Shown: positions 48,479 to 57,344 of the stretch, one piece after another
How the letters are laid out: each line of letters begins with the position of its first letter
Numbering within the stretch: the first letter of the stretch is position 1
Source: Candidatus Acidiferrales bacterium
GTDB taxonomy: Bacteria > Acidobacteriota > Terriglobia > Acidiferrales > UBA7541
NCBI GenBank assembly: GCA_050012395.1
Contig: JBEKHG010000021.1
Span: forward strand, 7,834 to 71,833
Length of the DNA: 64,000 nucleotides
Direction: 5' to 3'
Program-made: the position numbers and the translations under genes
Notes under the pieces: model-generated
Seen by the model: only the letters and a program-made list of their open reading frames with translations
What the model was told of the DNA's origin: nothing
The model's database searches: none

Positions 48479-49408
48479 TTAGAACTGCATATACCTTTGG
48501 TTGATGGTGACGGCCTGGTTCTTTACTAGACCCGTGAAGGTAATTTGATTCACCACCGAGCCCACCCCATCGACTATGTCCGCAACGTAATTCGCCTCGC
48601 TGTTGCAAGGAGCCGGACCGTCGAGCGTATTAATTGCAAACGCCGTACGGTTCCAGGCGAAAACTGAAGCGGGAAGTCCAACATCCTGGAGTATCAAACC
48701 GTACCCAGCCCCCCAACCCCACGCGCTTTCGTAGGTTCCGCCGTAGTTTTCCGCGAAAGGGGGAGCCGTGTTGGGGACGGCGTTGGCATAGCGTAGCAGG
48801 AGAACCTTCCGCGTCTCGCCGGAAGTGTTCTTGAGCTCTGTCGTAATCTTGGCGTAAGGTATGGCGCCCGGTACCATGGTAAACGTCATGGTCAGCGTCC
48901 AGGCTCCGTCGCTTGTACTCCGCTCGATTTTTACAGACGTCGCGGACTGTGAAAGCGTGGCCGGCGGGTTCCAGTTTCCGCTATCGCCATTTCCGGCGTA
49001 GTCCCAATAAGCGGTGTTTCCGTTAGTAATGTCACAAATGCCGTAGCCTTCAAAGGCGTTGCTGCCGCCGGGACTGAGCTGTTCGACGTCCACCGGGCTT
49101 TGAAATTCTGTAACGTTGCCGTTCACCGTTACACAGAACTGTAAGTACGTATAGCCGCTGCCGGTAGTGAAAGTGTAGCTGCAAGCATCGGTTGCGTCGG
49201 AAGTGATGTTGCTTTGCGTTTTTGGCTTCGATTTGTCGATGGCTGAGGCGTCAGATGCGGCTGCTTTTGCCGTTGCCGGTTCGCCGGGAGAATAGTGTTG
49301 CGTGGGAGGACCCGGAGCTAGCGCGTCCCGCTGAGCGAGAGCGGAATTTGGGGACGATGCAAAAACTATGAAAAACGCGAAGGGAAGGGCCCAAGTTTTA
49401 AGTTTCAC
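48479..49408 (-). CDS. hypothetical secreted beta-rich protein
   Basis: AAGGAGGAA RBS before GTG 49408. Signal peptide ends ...NSALAQ. No family recognised. Confidence 0.65.
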   Translation of the reverse strand: MKLKTWALPFAFFIVFASSPNSALAQRDALAPGPPTQHYSPGEPATAKAAASDASAIDKSKPKTQSNITSDATDACSYTFTTGSGYTYLQFCVTVNGNVTEFQSPVDVEQLSPGGSNAFEGYGICDITNGNTAYWDYAGNGDSGNWNPPATLSQSATSVKIERSTSDGAWTLTMTFTMVPGAIPYAKITTELKNTSGETRKVLLLRYANAVPNTAPPFAENYGGTYESAWGWGAGYGLILQDVGLPASVFAWNRTAFAINTLDGPAPCNSEANYVADIVDGVGSVVNQITFTGLVKNQAVTINQRYMQF

Positions 49409-49630
49409 GTTTTCCTCCTTTTTGTTTCGGGGCGGCGGTCTTAAGAGCATGAAGGCGAAAGAGTGCTCAGCTCATAACGCGAGCAAGCTATGGGCATTCT
49501 TGTTCGTCGTGGGCGCGCGGCACTTCCAGTTGGACAGGTCTGTAAAGCTGCCCCCTACCCTAAATAGCGGATTCCGCGGTTCGAAACTGTCATCCAGATT
49601 AGGGACCAAGCATTGAAGGAGACGATGATG

Positions 49631-49672
49631 GTGTGGTCGGACGGCACTGCCGACCCCAACGCCGGCCACTGA
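49631..49672 (+). pseudogene. remnant copy of the 3' end of gene 47671-48402 (VWSDGTADPNAGH*)
   Basis: 32/42 nt identical in frame to 48361-48402 (TWSDGTPDPKAGH*). Three of the five internal codon differences are synonymous third-position changes. No upstream coding body remains. Confidence 0.5.
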
Positions 49673-49766
49673 CGCTCGTTTTAACAGGAGTCGGCGGACT
49701 AATTTCGAGCGTTTGCCGATCGCGACACTCGTATCATAACTTCTGTTCGCGTCTCGTTTGTAAATT

Positions 49767-50561
49767 CTATTTTCCGATTGAGTAGCCCACGGCGAGGCGC
49801 CCCAAGCCCGCGCCATAGAATTGCGCAACCGCTCGCCGCTCATCTTCATGCATCTCGCTTGCAATCGTACGCATCGGCAGGTCGATATCGTTCATGCGAT
49901 TCTTGTCGGCGAAGTCTTCGAGCTGGCTCAACACGTAATCTGAGTTTTGCGACTCAAGACCGGGCGCTGCGCGAACGTAACCTATCGGTCCATGGCACGC
50001 CTGGCATGGAGGAATACCGCGGTTCGGATCACCCACGGAAAGCATTCGCCGTGCCACGTCGGATAACGATGTGTCCTGCATGCTCTGGGGAAAGCTTTCG
50101 CTGAACTGTCCATCAGGAGTATTGGGCAGCAATGAGAAATACGCGGCCACGTCCGCTGAGTCGCGCGAAGAGAGCGCGAAAGCCATTCGATGCATGACCT
50201 CGGATTTTCGCTTGCCGTCGCGGAAATCGTCGAGTTGCTTCCATAGGTACTCGCGGTCGAGGCCCGCGAGATTCGGCGTGGACGGCCTCGAGCTAAAACC
50301 TTCAATGCCGTGGCAAGTTTCGCATCGTCGCGCAATAAACTGCCCGCGAACCGGATTGCCGTCCGAAGCTGCCGCGATCGTGCTCTTGTCCCACGCAACC
50401 AGCGATGGCGCGCCCTGAAAAAGTGGACTCTCCACGGGAAAAGTTCTGTGCGTCTTCGCCCAGTGAAACAAACTTAGCCCGGTAATCTCAGAGACCACCA
50501 CAATGGCAATGGAAATTACAATTACTTCGCGCGCTCCGAAAGACCATTTAGCGGGATCCAC
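49767..50561 (-). CDS. membrane-anchored dihaem c-type cytochrome
   Basis: Two CxxCH motifs (CETCHG, CQACHG) and an N-terminal TM helix. Overlaps the upstream gene by 14 nt. Confidence 0.85.
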   Translation of the reverse strand: MDPAKWSFGAREVIVISIAIVVVSEITGLSLFHWAKTHRTFPVESPLFQGAPSLVAWDKSTIAAASDGNPVRGQFIARRCETCHGIEGFSSRPSTPNLAGLDREYLWKQLDDFRDGKRKSEVMHRMAFALSSRDSADVAAYFSLLPNTPDGQFSESFPQSMQDTSLSDVARRMLSVGDPNRGIPPCQACHGPIGYVRAAPGLESQNSDYVLSQLEDFADKNRMNDIDLPMRTIASEMHEDERRAVAQFYGAGLGRLAVGYSIGK

Positions 50562-51087
50562 GTGTCACCTCGTCTTGTGATGCAGTACCGGAGCCCAAGT
50601 GATTTTGTGCCGCGAAATCTTTTTGTGGCACCGCCACGAACCGCTCCATCATTGCGTGATGGCCTGGCCCGCAGAATTCTTCGCAGTAAACTTCGTAATC
50701 TCCCGTTGAAGACAACTGGAAATGCACTTCCGTAACAATCCCCGGAATAACTTTCACCCTTACTCCAACGACGCGGAACGCGTGCGGCGCATCCGCGCTA
50801 GTGATACGAAGACGAACCGGAACGCCCACCGGCACAGTAATTCGAGAAGGCACAAAAAGGTACCTCTCCCCGATCATCCTGACGGTGACGGATCCATCCG
50901 CATTGAGCGACGAGCCCAGGTTTGACTCGACAAATTCCCCGCGAAGGTGTAGCGAGGCGGGATCCACGTGATTCGGATTTCCAATCGAGCGGGAAGCCTC
51001 TATCGTGAGCGAAAAACGGGCGGCCGCGTAGAGCAGCGATATCACCAAAACAATCATGTAGGGGCGAATATTCGTCAGGCGAATCAT
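50548..51087 (-). CDS. cytochrome oxidase subunit II-like CuA cupredoxin (ba3/B-family-like, single TM)
   Basis: ITSADAPHAF ... CEEFCGPGHHAMM fits the CuA ligand pattern H...CxExCGxxHxxM. The single TM helix and ~180 aa resemble Thermus ba3 subunit II. Confidence 0.7.
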   Translation of the reverse strand: MIRLTNIRPYMIVLVISLLYAAARFSLTIEASRSIGNPNHVDPASLHLRGEFVESNLGSSLNADGSVTVRMIGERYLFVPSRITVPVGVPVRLRITSADAPHAFRVVGVRVKVIPGIVTEVHFQLSSTGDYEVYCEEFCGPGHHAMMERFVAVPQKDFAAQNHLGSGTASQDEVTRGSR

Positions 51088-51368
51088 TGAGACGCACGAA
51101 CTGTTTTCGAGGTGGCCGACGCAAAGCTCAAGGCATCAGGCGCCCACCGCCAACAAGAAGTTACCGTTTTTCCGGGGGGTTCGGCCAATCTTTTTATTCA
51201 AACCAGTTAGGATTGACCGACAACGTCTCGTCTCCTGCCGCCGAGATTGCAGCCTGTCGGGCACGGACCGAGCAACTCGACGAGACCTCCCACACCGTGC
51301 TTAAAATCGGCAAAGGACTAAGCGTCGCCTGGGGCGACATCAGAGCGCACGCAGCGCCGCGCCGCGTG

Positions 51369-52160
51369 TCACTTATTGAATAAATACAGGAGCAGCCGCG
51401 TCAAAAACAAGTCGGCTATGAGCACGGCCAGCGCCGCATCCACGAATGCCATAATCGTAGCGCGCCCCACGCCCGCCGTCCCGCCCTCCACGCGAAACCC
51501 TCGATAACAACCGACGGTCGCCACAATAAATCCGAAAACAACCGGCTTCCAGAAACCGATCACGAGGTCGCCAAAGGCGAGAGCCTTCACCGCGCGGGTC
51601 CAGAATTGCTGCGCATCGATGTGCAAAGTGAAACTCGCCACCAAAAATCCGCCAAGCAGGCCCGCGCAATCCCCGACCGCCACAATCAGCGGCATGATTA
51701 GCACCGTCGCAAGCACGCGAGGCGTCATCAGTTTGCGAATCGGGTCGATGCCCATGGCCCGCATAGCGTCCACCTGTTCGGTAACCACCATGGATCCCAA
51801 TTGCGAAGCCATGCCCGTCGCGTTTCGTCCGGCGACCAATAGCGCGGTAAACACGGGCCCAAGCTCGCGGACCAGCGAAAGTGAAAGCGCGTCGCCCGTC
51901 AACACTGTTTCGCCGAAGCGGCTGAATTGTGACGCTGCGTTCAAAACAATCACGCCGCCCACGCAAAATAGCGCCACGACGATAATCAAGACGGAGCCTA
52001 CTCCGATCTGGTCCATCTGTTCCAGGGTGTCTTCCACGTAAAGGTGCTTGCTGAAGAGGACCAGCACGGACTCAATAGAGAGCAGCGAGTAGTCCTGCGC
52101 ATAGAAAACCGGCACCTTCAAAACTCTCGTGATGGCTGAGGAAATCGAACCTGATTTCAC
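51369..52160 (-). CDS. mlaE: MlaE-family ABC transporter permease
   Basis: 263 aa. TALLVAGRNATGMASQLGSMVVTEQVDAMRAMGIDP is the conserved MlaE/Ttg2B segment. Confidence 0.85.
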   Translation of the reverse strand: MKSGSISSAITRVLKVPVFYAQDYSLLSIESVLVLFSKHLYVEDTLEQMDQIGVGSVLIIVVALFCVGGVIVLNAASQFSRFGETVLTGDALSLSLVRELGPVFTALLVAGRNATGMASQLGSMVVTEQVDAMRAMGIDPIRKLMTPRVLATVLIMPLIVAVGDCAGLLGGFLVASFTLHIDAQQFWTRAVKALAFGDLVIGFWKPVVFGFIVATVGCYRGFRVEGGTAGVGRATIMAFVDAALAVLIADLFLTRLLLYLFNK

Positions 52161-52241
52161 TATTCAAACCCCCATCAAAATTTTCAGTTCCAGTTTTTGT
52201 TGAAGCTTGCCGTAGAAATGAAACTACTAGGCCAGGACTCG

Positions 52242-52266
52242 TCCGCCAATCTGACTAGCCCGGAGT
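52242..52266 (+). repeat. hairpin-element family, copy F (diverged)
   Basis: TCCGCCAATCTGACTAGCCCGGAGT is 19/25 to the consensus. Intergenic, between two minus-strand genes. Confidence 0.45.
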
Positions 52267-52548
52267 TGTCGTCGATTTACAAATTTGTTCCAGTCTGGCT
52301 GTCGAGGATTATGCTAGGGAATTGTCAAAAGTGACAGTGTCCGATTCGCGCGCGTACCGGACAAGTAAGACCCTTCTTCGCGAATGTCCGCGCATTTGCC
52401 GGGAGTGGGACCAGAGAGTGGAGAATTTCTGGCCGATAGCGGCTCCAGCGACGGGATGGATGGGCGCCGCTACGCAAGAAACTTCCACGTCGAGCGCGTA
52501 GCCCGTTTTCTCGCGCGAGCTAGATCGGATACGCAACGCGTGTTTTTG

Positions 52549-53304
52549 CTAAGGCTGGATCAGGTTGGCGCGTATCGCGAAGCGGATCAGGTCGCTGAAG
52601 CTTTGAAATTCCATTTTGCGCATGATGTGGTTGCGATGGCTTTCCACCGTTCGCGTGGAGACGCCGATCATGGCGGCGGCTTCTTTGTTGCTTTTCCCGC
52701 TGGCGAGGAGTTGCACTACCTCCAACTCGCGCGCGGACAAGGGCACTTCGGCGGCGCCGGTCTCGCGGGTACCGGGGTCGCGCACGAAACTTTCCGCCAT
52801 GCTCATGGCCAGTTTGCTGGTGAAAAAAGGTTTGTGCTGCTGGATGTGACGGACGGCGGTGAGCAGTTCGTGATCCGCGTCGGATTTCAAGAGATAGCCT
52901 CGGGCGCCGCAGCGCAACACTTCTTTAGCGATCTCTTCTGAAAAATGCATGGTGAGAATCAGCACATCGGTCTGGGGAGATTGCTGGCGTGCAACGCGAG
53001 TAACTTCCAGGCCGTTTTTTTCGGGCATGGTGAGGTCGAGCACGATCAGATCCGGATGGTCGGTGTTGACCTTGTGTAGCGCTTCCGCGCCGGTAGCGGC
53101 CTCTCCACAAACTTCCACGCCGGGCTGTGACTCCAGCAGCGAGCGAATGCCGCGGCGCACGACGGAATGGTCGTCAACGATGAGAACGCGGTACATTTTC
53201 GAGACGGCTGGCCTGGGGGCTGTCGCGGGCGCTTCTCTGGGCGCAACTGGTCTGGGCGGCACCGGCGCTTCTCTGACCGCTGCTGCTGTGGCTTCTCTTG
53301 ACAT
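52549..53304 (-). CDS. LuxR/NarL-family response regulator
   Basis: Receiver domain (LIVDDHSVVRRG ... DLIVLDLTMP) plus LuxR HTH (LSARELEVVQLLASGKSNKEAA). ATG 53304 follows GAGG. Alternative start at 53196. Confidence 0.9.
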   Translation of the reverse strand: MSREATAAAVREAPVPPRPVAPREAPATAPRPAVSKMYRVLIVDDHSVVRRGIRSLLESQPGVEVCGEAATGAEALHKVNTDHPDLIVLDLTMPEKNGLEVTRVARQQSPQTDVLILTMHFSEEIAKEVLRCGARGYLLKSDADHELLTAVRHIQQHKPFFTSKLAMSMAESFVRDPGTRETGAAEVPLSARELEVVQLLASGKSNKEAAAMIGVSTRTVESHRNHIMRKMEFQSFSDLIRFAIRANLIQP

Positions 53305-53341
53305 AGTGTGGCCTCGTTTGCTCGCAAAGTGTTCTGCTCGA

Positions 53342-54958
53342 TCAACCGCGATTCGCCGCCGGCTTTGAAACGTGCACGGCTTTTGTGCCACGAATCCCTT
53401 CGTTTTGCTTTTCGCAAGCGGTTTTGGAGCTCCGTGAAATCGGGAGCTCCACGCTGATGGCAGTTCCGCGCCCCGGTTCGCTCCGGACATCGAAGATACC
53501 GCCGAGCTGTTTCACGCGCTCACGCATTCCCGCAATGCCTACGCCCACGGGCGGATTCCAACCGGTCGCAGAGGAGGCGGGCGGCATGCCAACTCCACGA
53601 TCTTCTATCGTGACGCGCACTTTACCGCGCACCTGTTCCAACGTGATTTTTGCGACACGGCTTTTGGAATGGCGGTGAACGTTGGTCAGCGATTCCTGCA
53701 CCACGCGGAACAGCGCGATTTCCATGTCCTGGGACAAAGGTCCGAAACCGCGTTTGATTTTAACTTTCACCGAAATGCCGCTACGTTCCGCGAATCCGGT
53801 TGCAAAACTACGCAGCGCTGCTCCCAAACCGGCTTCGTCAAGCAATAATGGATGAAGCAAATAGGAAACCGTTCGAATCTGCTGAATTACTTCTTCGGCG
53901 AAATCGCGCGCCGAGTGCAGGAACTTTGTGCCGATTGTGTTGCTTTTCGGTAATGTATCTTCCACGCGCGCGAGTGCCATTTTCAACGCAGCCATTTCCT
54001 GCGAAACAGTTTCGTGGAGTTCACGCGCCACGCGGCGCTGCTCTTCGTCGCGCAGGGTGATGAGCTGGTCGGAGACGCGGCGCAAGCCATCCTCCACTTT
54101 CAGCCGTTCGGTGACATCTTCGGTGACGCCAACAAAGCGGGTCACGCGCCCTTCTGCATCGCGAAACGGAAACCCACGGGCATGAAGGTTGCGTTGCCCG
54201 CGGCCACCCGGCAAGTCGTACCGGAAATCGTGCTCGAAAGGTTTGCCCTGCGCGATAGACAGTGCGAGAAGGCGATTCCCCTCGATAAAATCATCAGGGT
54301 GCACGTTTCGGCCCAGCTCTCGCATTTCGACTTCGCGTCCGTGGGAATCAAAACCGAACATTCGAAACAGATTATCGGAGCAGAGAACGGTTCGGAGTTT
54401 CGGATCCACTTCCCAGCTTCCCATGCTGACAAGCTGTTCGGCTTGCGCCAGCAAAGCTTCGCTTTTGCGCAGCTTTTCTTCGATTTTTTTTTGTTCGGTA
54501 ATGTCGCGGGTGAGCAAGGAAACGGTAGGAGGTTGCCCTGGGCGGCGGGCTACCGGTAATACGCGAGCGTAAAACCAGCGTTCGCCGTCATTCGAGTCAA
54601 TGCGGAATTCTATGCCGTCACTCTGCCGGGTATCGATGACGCGATGAAACACGGCGCTAAACGGGCGAAAGACTTCTTCTCCCAACACTTCCATAGCGCG
54701 CCGTCCCAGAAATTCCTCGCGTCGCGCGTTGGTGAGAGCCGGGCTAGAGCTCCACACGCCCAAGAATGTGCCGTCGGCATCAAGTTCAAACAAAAACTCG
54801 TCGAAGGTCTGCGCCAAGGTGGCCAACGGGCGCGAAGCGCCTTGGAGCGGATGCTTGGATCGGAAACTGGAAATTCCCGCGGGAATGGAGTTACGGTCGG
54901 CGCTCTGCGGGCGCCGTTTCGAGGAATAACTGACAGGTTCTCGTTGTTTTCGTGACAC
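53342..54958 (-). CDS. PAS-domain sensor histidine kinase (HisKA_3/NarX-type)
   Basis: Two PAS-like regions, H-box RVARELHETVSQ, and HATPase_c (DRGVGM ... GIAGMRERV). GTG start. Cytoplasmic (no TM). Confidence 0.9.
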   Translation of the reverse strand: MSRKQREPVSYSSKRRPQSADRNSIPAGISSFRSKHPLQGASRPLATLAQTFDEFLFELDADGTFLGVWSSSPALTNARREEFLGRRAMEVLGEEVFRPFSAVFHRVIDTRQSDGIEFRIDSNDGERWFYARVLPVARRPGQPPTVSLLTRDITEQKKIEEKLRKSEALLAQAEQLVSMGSWEVDPKLRTVLCSDNLFRMFGFDSHGREVEMRELGRNVHPDDFIEGNRLLALSIAQGKPFEHDFRYDLPGGRGQRNLHARGFPFRDAEGRVTRFVGVTEDVTERLKVEDGLRRVSDQLITLRDEEQRRVARELHETVSQEMAALKMALARVEDTLPKSNTIGTKFLHSARDFAEEVIQQIRTVSYLLHPLLLDEAGLGAALRSFATGFAERSGISVKVKIKRGFGPLSQDMEIALFRVVQESLTNVHRHSKSRVAKITLEQVRGKVRVTIEDRGVGMPPASSATGWNPPVGVGIAGMRERVKQLGGIFDVRSEPGRGTAISVELPISRSSKTACEKQNEGIRGTKAVHVSKPAANRG

Positions 54959-55783
54959 GATTAATCGCTTCTGCTCAGGTTGCAGTTGAACTTATAGGTG
55001 CGTCGCATGAGCGCAAAACCAGACCGTAGCAGCAGAAGTGTTCAGGCAAAAAGGAAGGCGAGCCCAGGACCACCATTCCGAGGGCCACGTTACTCGCACG
55101 TTAATAACCTGTCAAGATATTTGTGCATAACCGGCTCGCTTTACCGGCAAAGAGGCCCTTTTGGTGGCGCTTTCCCTGAATATCGGCCATTTCTATGGAT
55201 TAGTTTATTAAGTGATTAACCCCCTACTAAAACAAGGGGAATCGAATTTTTGTTTAAAGGCCGCCCGAGTTTCTTTAGATTCGATTTTCTGCCTGAGATA
55301 GATTCGTGCGGAATGCAGCCGTTACGGAACAAGCTTTTTCCTCTTTTGAATCTGGCACTTAAGTAAGGGCCGCAAAGAGGATGCCGTACTGTTGCGAATT
55401 GAAACATTTTTTTTGCGCTCCTATATTGGGTCTGTCGAGCTGGAAGGGAAAGAGCACCAGGGAATCTCGCTAATGTTTCATCGCGAATTTCCGATAAGGA
55501 ATGTGGGAATGGACGGAAGGTTTGGTGCATCTGATCCAGTGCCGCTTGCGATTCCGACGAAACACTGTGCGAGTGAAACTGCGCGCGCAGACGGCACTGG
55601 AAAGATGCGGATGTTTACGAACTACATATCTCGTAAAACGAGGCATGCGCTTGCAACGCCACCTGACGCGCGCTGCACACGTTCCGATTCGTCAGCTTTT
55701 TGGGAAGGGCTTGCAGACAGGAGACTTTCAGAATAGCGGGCGTGTCGGCATCGATTGTCCGTTCCCGGTCAGAAGGGGAAATC

Positions 55784-56425
55784 ATGCCATGCACGACAGC
55801 CGCGCGCATTCTTGTAGCCGGTCGCACCTCACCGTCAACCTCGTTCATCCTTAACCAATTCGAGCGCGAAGGTTGCGCAGTTCAATCCGTCGATACGATC
55901 GCGGAAGCAGAGTCATCGCTGCGGGCAGCGCGGTTCGACGTTGTCCTCGCGGGGGAGTTTTTGCGGGACGGCTGCGGATACGAACTCACAGACTCGGTGG
56001 TAAACCACTCAGCCACTTTGCTGGTGGCTATCGCCCTGTCGGAAACCTGCCTGTGGCTGCCGGTAGTTCAACACGGAGTACGTACGCTCGGGGACCGTGC
56101 GTTGAATTCGCATTCGTTGCATTCTGAAATGATGGAGCTACTGAACAAAAAGTTGGTCCCGGCGGAACATCCGGTGGCATCCGCACGCCACGATTTTGTA
56201 CCGGCGTCGCATCGTTCCATGGCCGGGATCGATCAACGCACAGGTCCGGAAGAAAGAAGGGGACTAGTTTTCAAAACCGCGCTGGAGGAGGAACACTTGC
56301 TGCCATTGCGGGCGGACAATCACGCGAGAAGCCGAGCGGCGGATGGTTCGAGTCCGGTAAAGCGGGTTACCAGGAAGTCCCTGGCGGCACCGCGCGATGC
56401 GATGCCGCAGAGAAACGTTCGATAA
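55784..56425 (+). CDS. receiver-like (pseudo-receiver) domain protein
   Basis: GAAGGGGAA RBS before ATG 55784. RILVAGR ... FDVVLAGEFLRDGCGYEL mirrors receiver beta1/beta3, but the acidic pocket and phospho-Asp appear replaced. Confidence 0.5.
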   Translation: MPCTTAARILVAGRTSPSTSFILNQFEREGCAVQSVDTIAEAESSLRAARFDVVLAGEFLRDGCGYELTDSVVNHSATLLVAIALSETCLWLPVVQHGVRTLGDRALNSHSLHSEMMELLNKKLVPAEHPVASARHDFVPASHRSMAGIDQRTGPEERRGLVFKTALEEEHLLPLRADNHARSRAADGSSPVKRVTRKSLAAPRDAMPQRNVR

Positions 56426-56538
56426 CAAAATTCGGAACGCAGGGCAAAGACTCCGGCCCGAAAGGTGCCACTACAAGTTCACAACCCGCTGCGAGATTCG
56501 GACGGGGCGGAACCGGATGTATCGGTGCATGAGGAGGA

Positions 56539-57207
56539 ATGAGCATGAAGCCGGCGACAATGGGGCGTGCGGTTCCGGCGCCCAAGCATATAAAAACAGC
56601 GCCGCTCGGCGAACCTCTGAGAGAGCAGGTAGCTTTGTGCGACCTCACGGACTGCCTGCTTTCGGCTTACGACGGCGTGGCGCGTCTAGCGTATGAAAAA
56701 TTCCGGGTACGCGGGAAGGATTCCGCGGGGAACGAACTCGAAGACTGGTTGGACGCAGAGAGTGAGCTGCTGGGACAGATGGAGGTAAACGTGTCGGAGT
56801 CCGGCGATTTCGTAAATGCGCTGGCGTCGGTGCCCGGCTATCGAAGCGCCGATATTTCGCTGGGTGTGGAACCTAACTGGATGTTGATATTTGCGTGCAA
56901 CGGTCGCGACGAGCACGTGAACATGCCTCGTATTGTGCATGCGCTCGATCCATTGCGCGGGCCTCGGCCCGTCGATGCAGAGTCACTGGCTGCGATGTGC
57001 GTGCACGCGGCTCGAGATCAGTCTCTTCTGCGTGGCGAGAACAGTGACTGCGTCGCTGCGGCGCATCTTTTTTATATTTGTGAGCTCCCGGCGGAGGTGG
57101 ATCCGGCGTCGTGCAGGGCGATTGTTTCCAACGGTTTGCTCGGAATCCGCCTGGCTAAAGTTCGAATTGTCCCGTCCAAGCCTGCGCAATTGATGCTGAA
57201 GCCGTAG
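56539..57207 (+). CDS. DUF2934 plus Hsp20/alpha-crystallin-like domain protein
   Basis: GAGGAGGAA RBS. ARLAYEKFRVRGKDSAGNELEDWLDAESEL is DUF2934-like. The C-terminal LPAEVDPASCRAIVSNGLLGIRLAK is ACD-like. Confidence 0.6.
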   Translation: MSMKPATMGRAVPAPKHIKTAPLGEPLREQVALCDLTDCLLSAYDGVARLAYEKFRVRGKDSAGNELEDWLDAESELLGQMEVNVSESGDFVNALASVPGYRSADISLGVEPNWMLIFACNGRDEHVNMPRIVHALDPLRGPRPVDAESLAAMCVHAARDQSLLRGENSDCVAAAHLFYICELPAEVDPASCRAIVSNGLLGIRLAKVRIVPSKPAQLMLKP

Positions 57208-57344
57208 AAAACTCATTCCAGCGGGCTGCTACCTGAAAGCAGTTGCGGGATGGACATTCTGCGCGGAGGTTGGTAATTCAGCGAGAGAGAACAGGCGGGC
57301 GCCATAAAATCCATGAAGGCCCACGTGGCGGGAGTGGCTCAGGG

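Noticed and set aside
52384-52941. 185-aa plus-strand ORF downstream of hairpin copy F
   Set aside because: It is antisense to the clearly real LuxR-type response regulator. It has shadow-ORF composition.
55350-55370. TGGCAC string as a possible sigma-54 -24 element
   Set aside because: The -12 TTGC element is absent at the required 5-nt spacing (the sequence is TGGCACTTAAGTAAGG).
56341-56360. tRNA-like T-loop string GGTTCGAGTCC
   Set aside because: The flanking bases do not form a T-stem (GATGG versus CCGGT). No acceptor or anticodon arms are present, and the string lies inside a CDS. I found no tRNA anywhere in the window.
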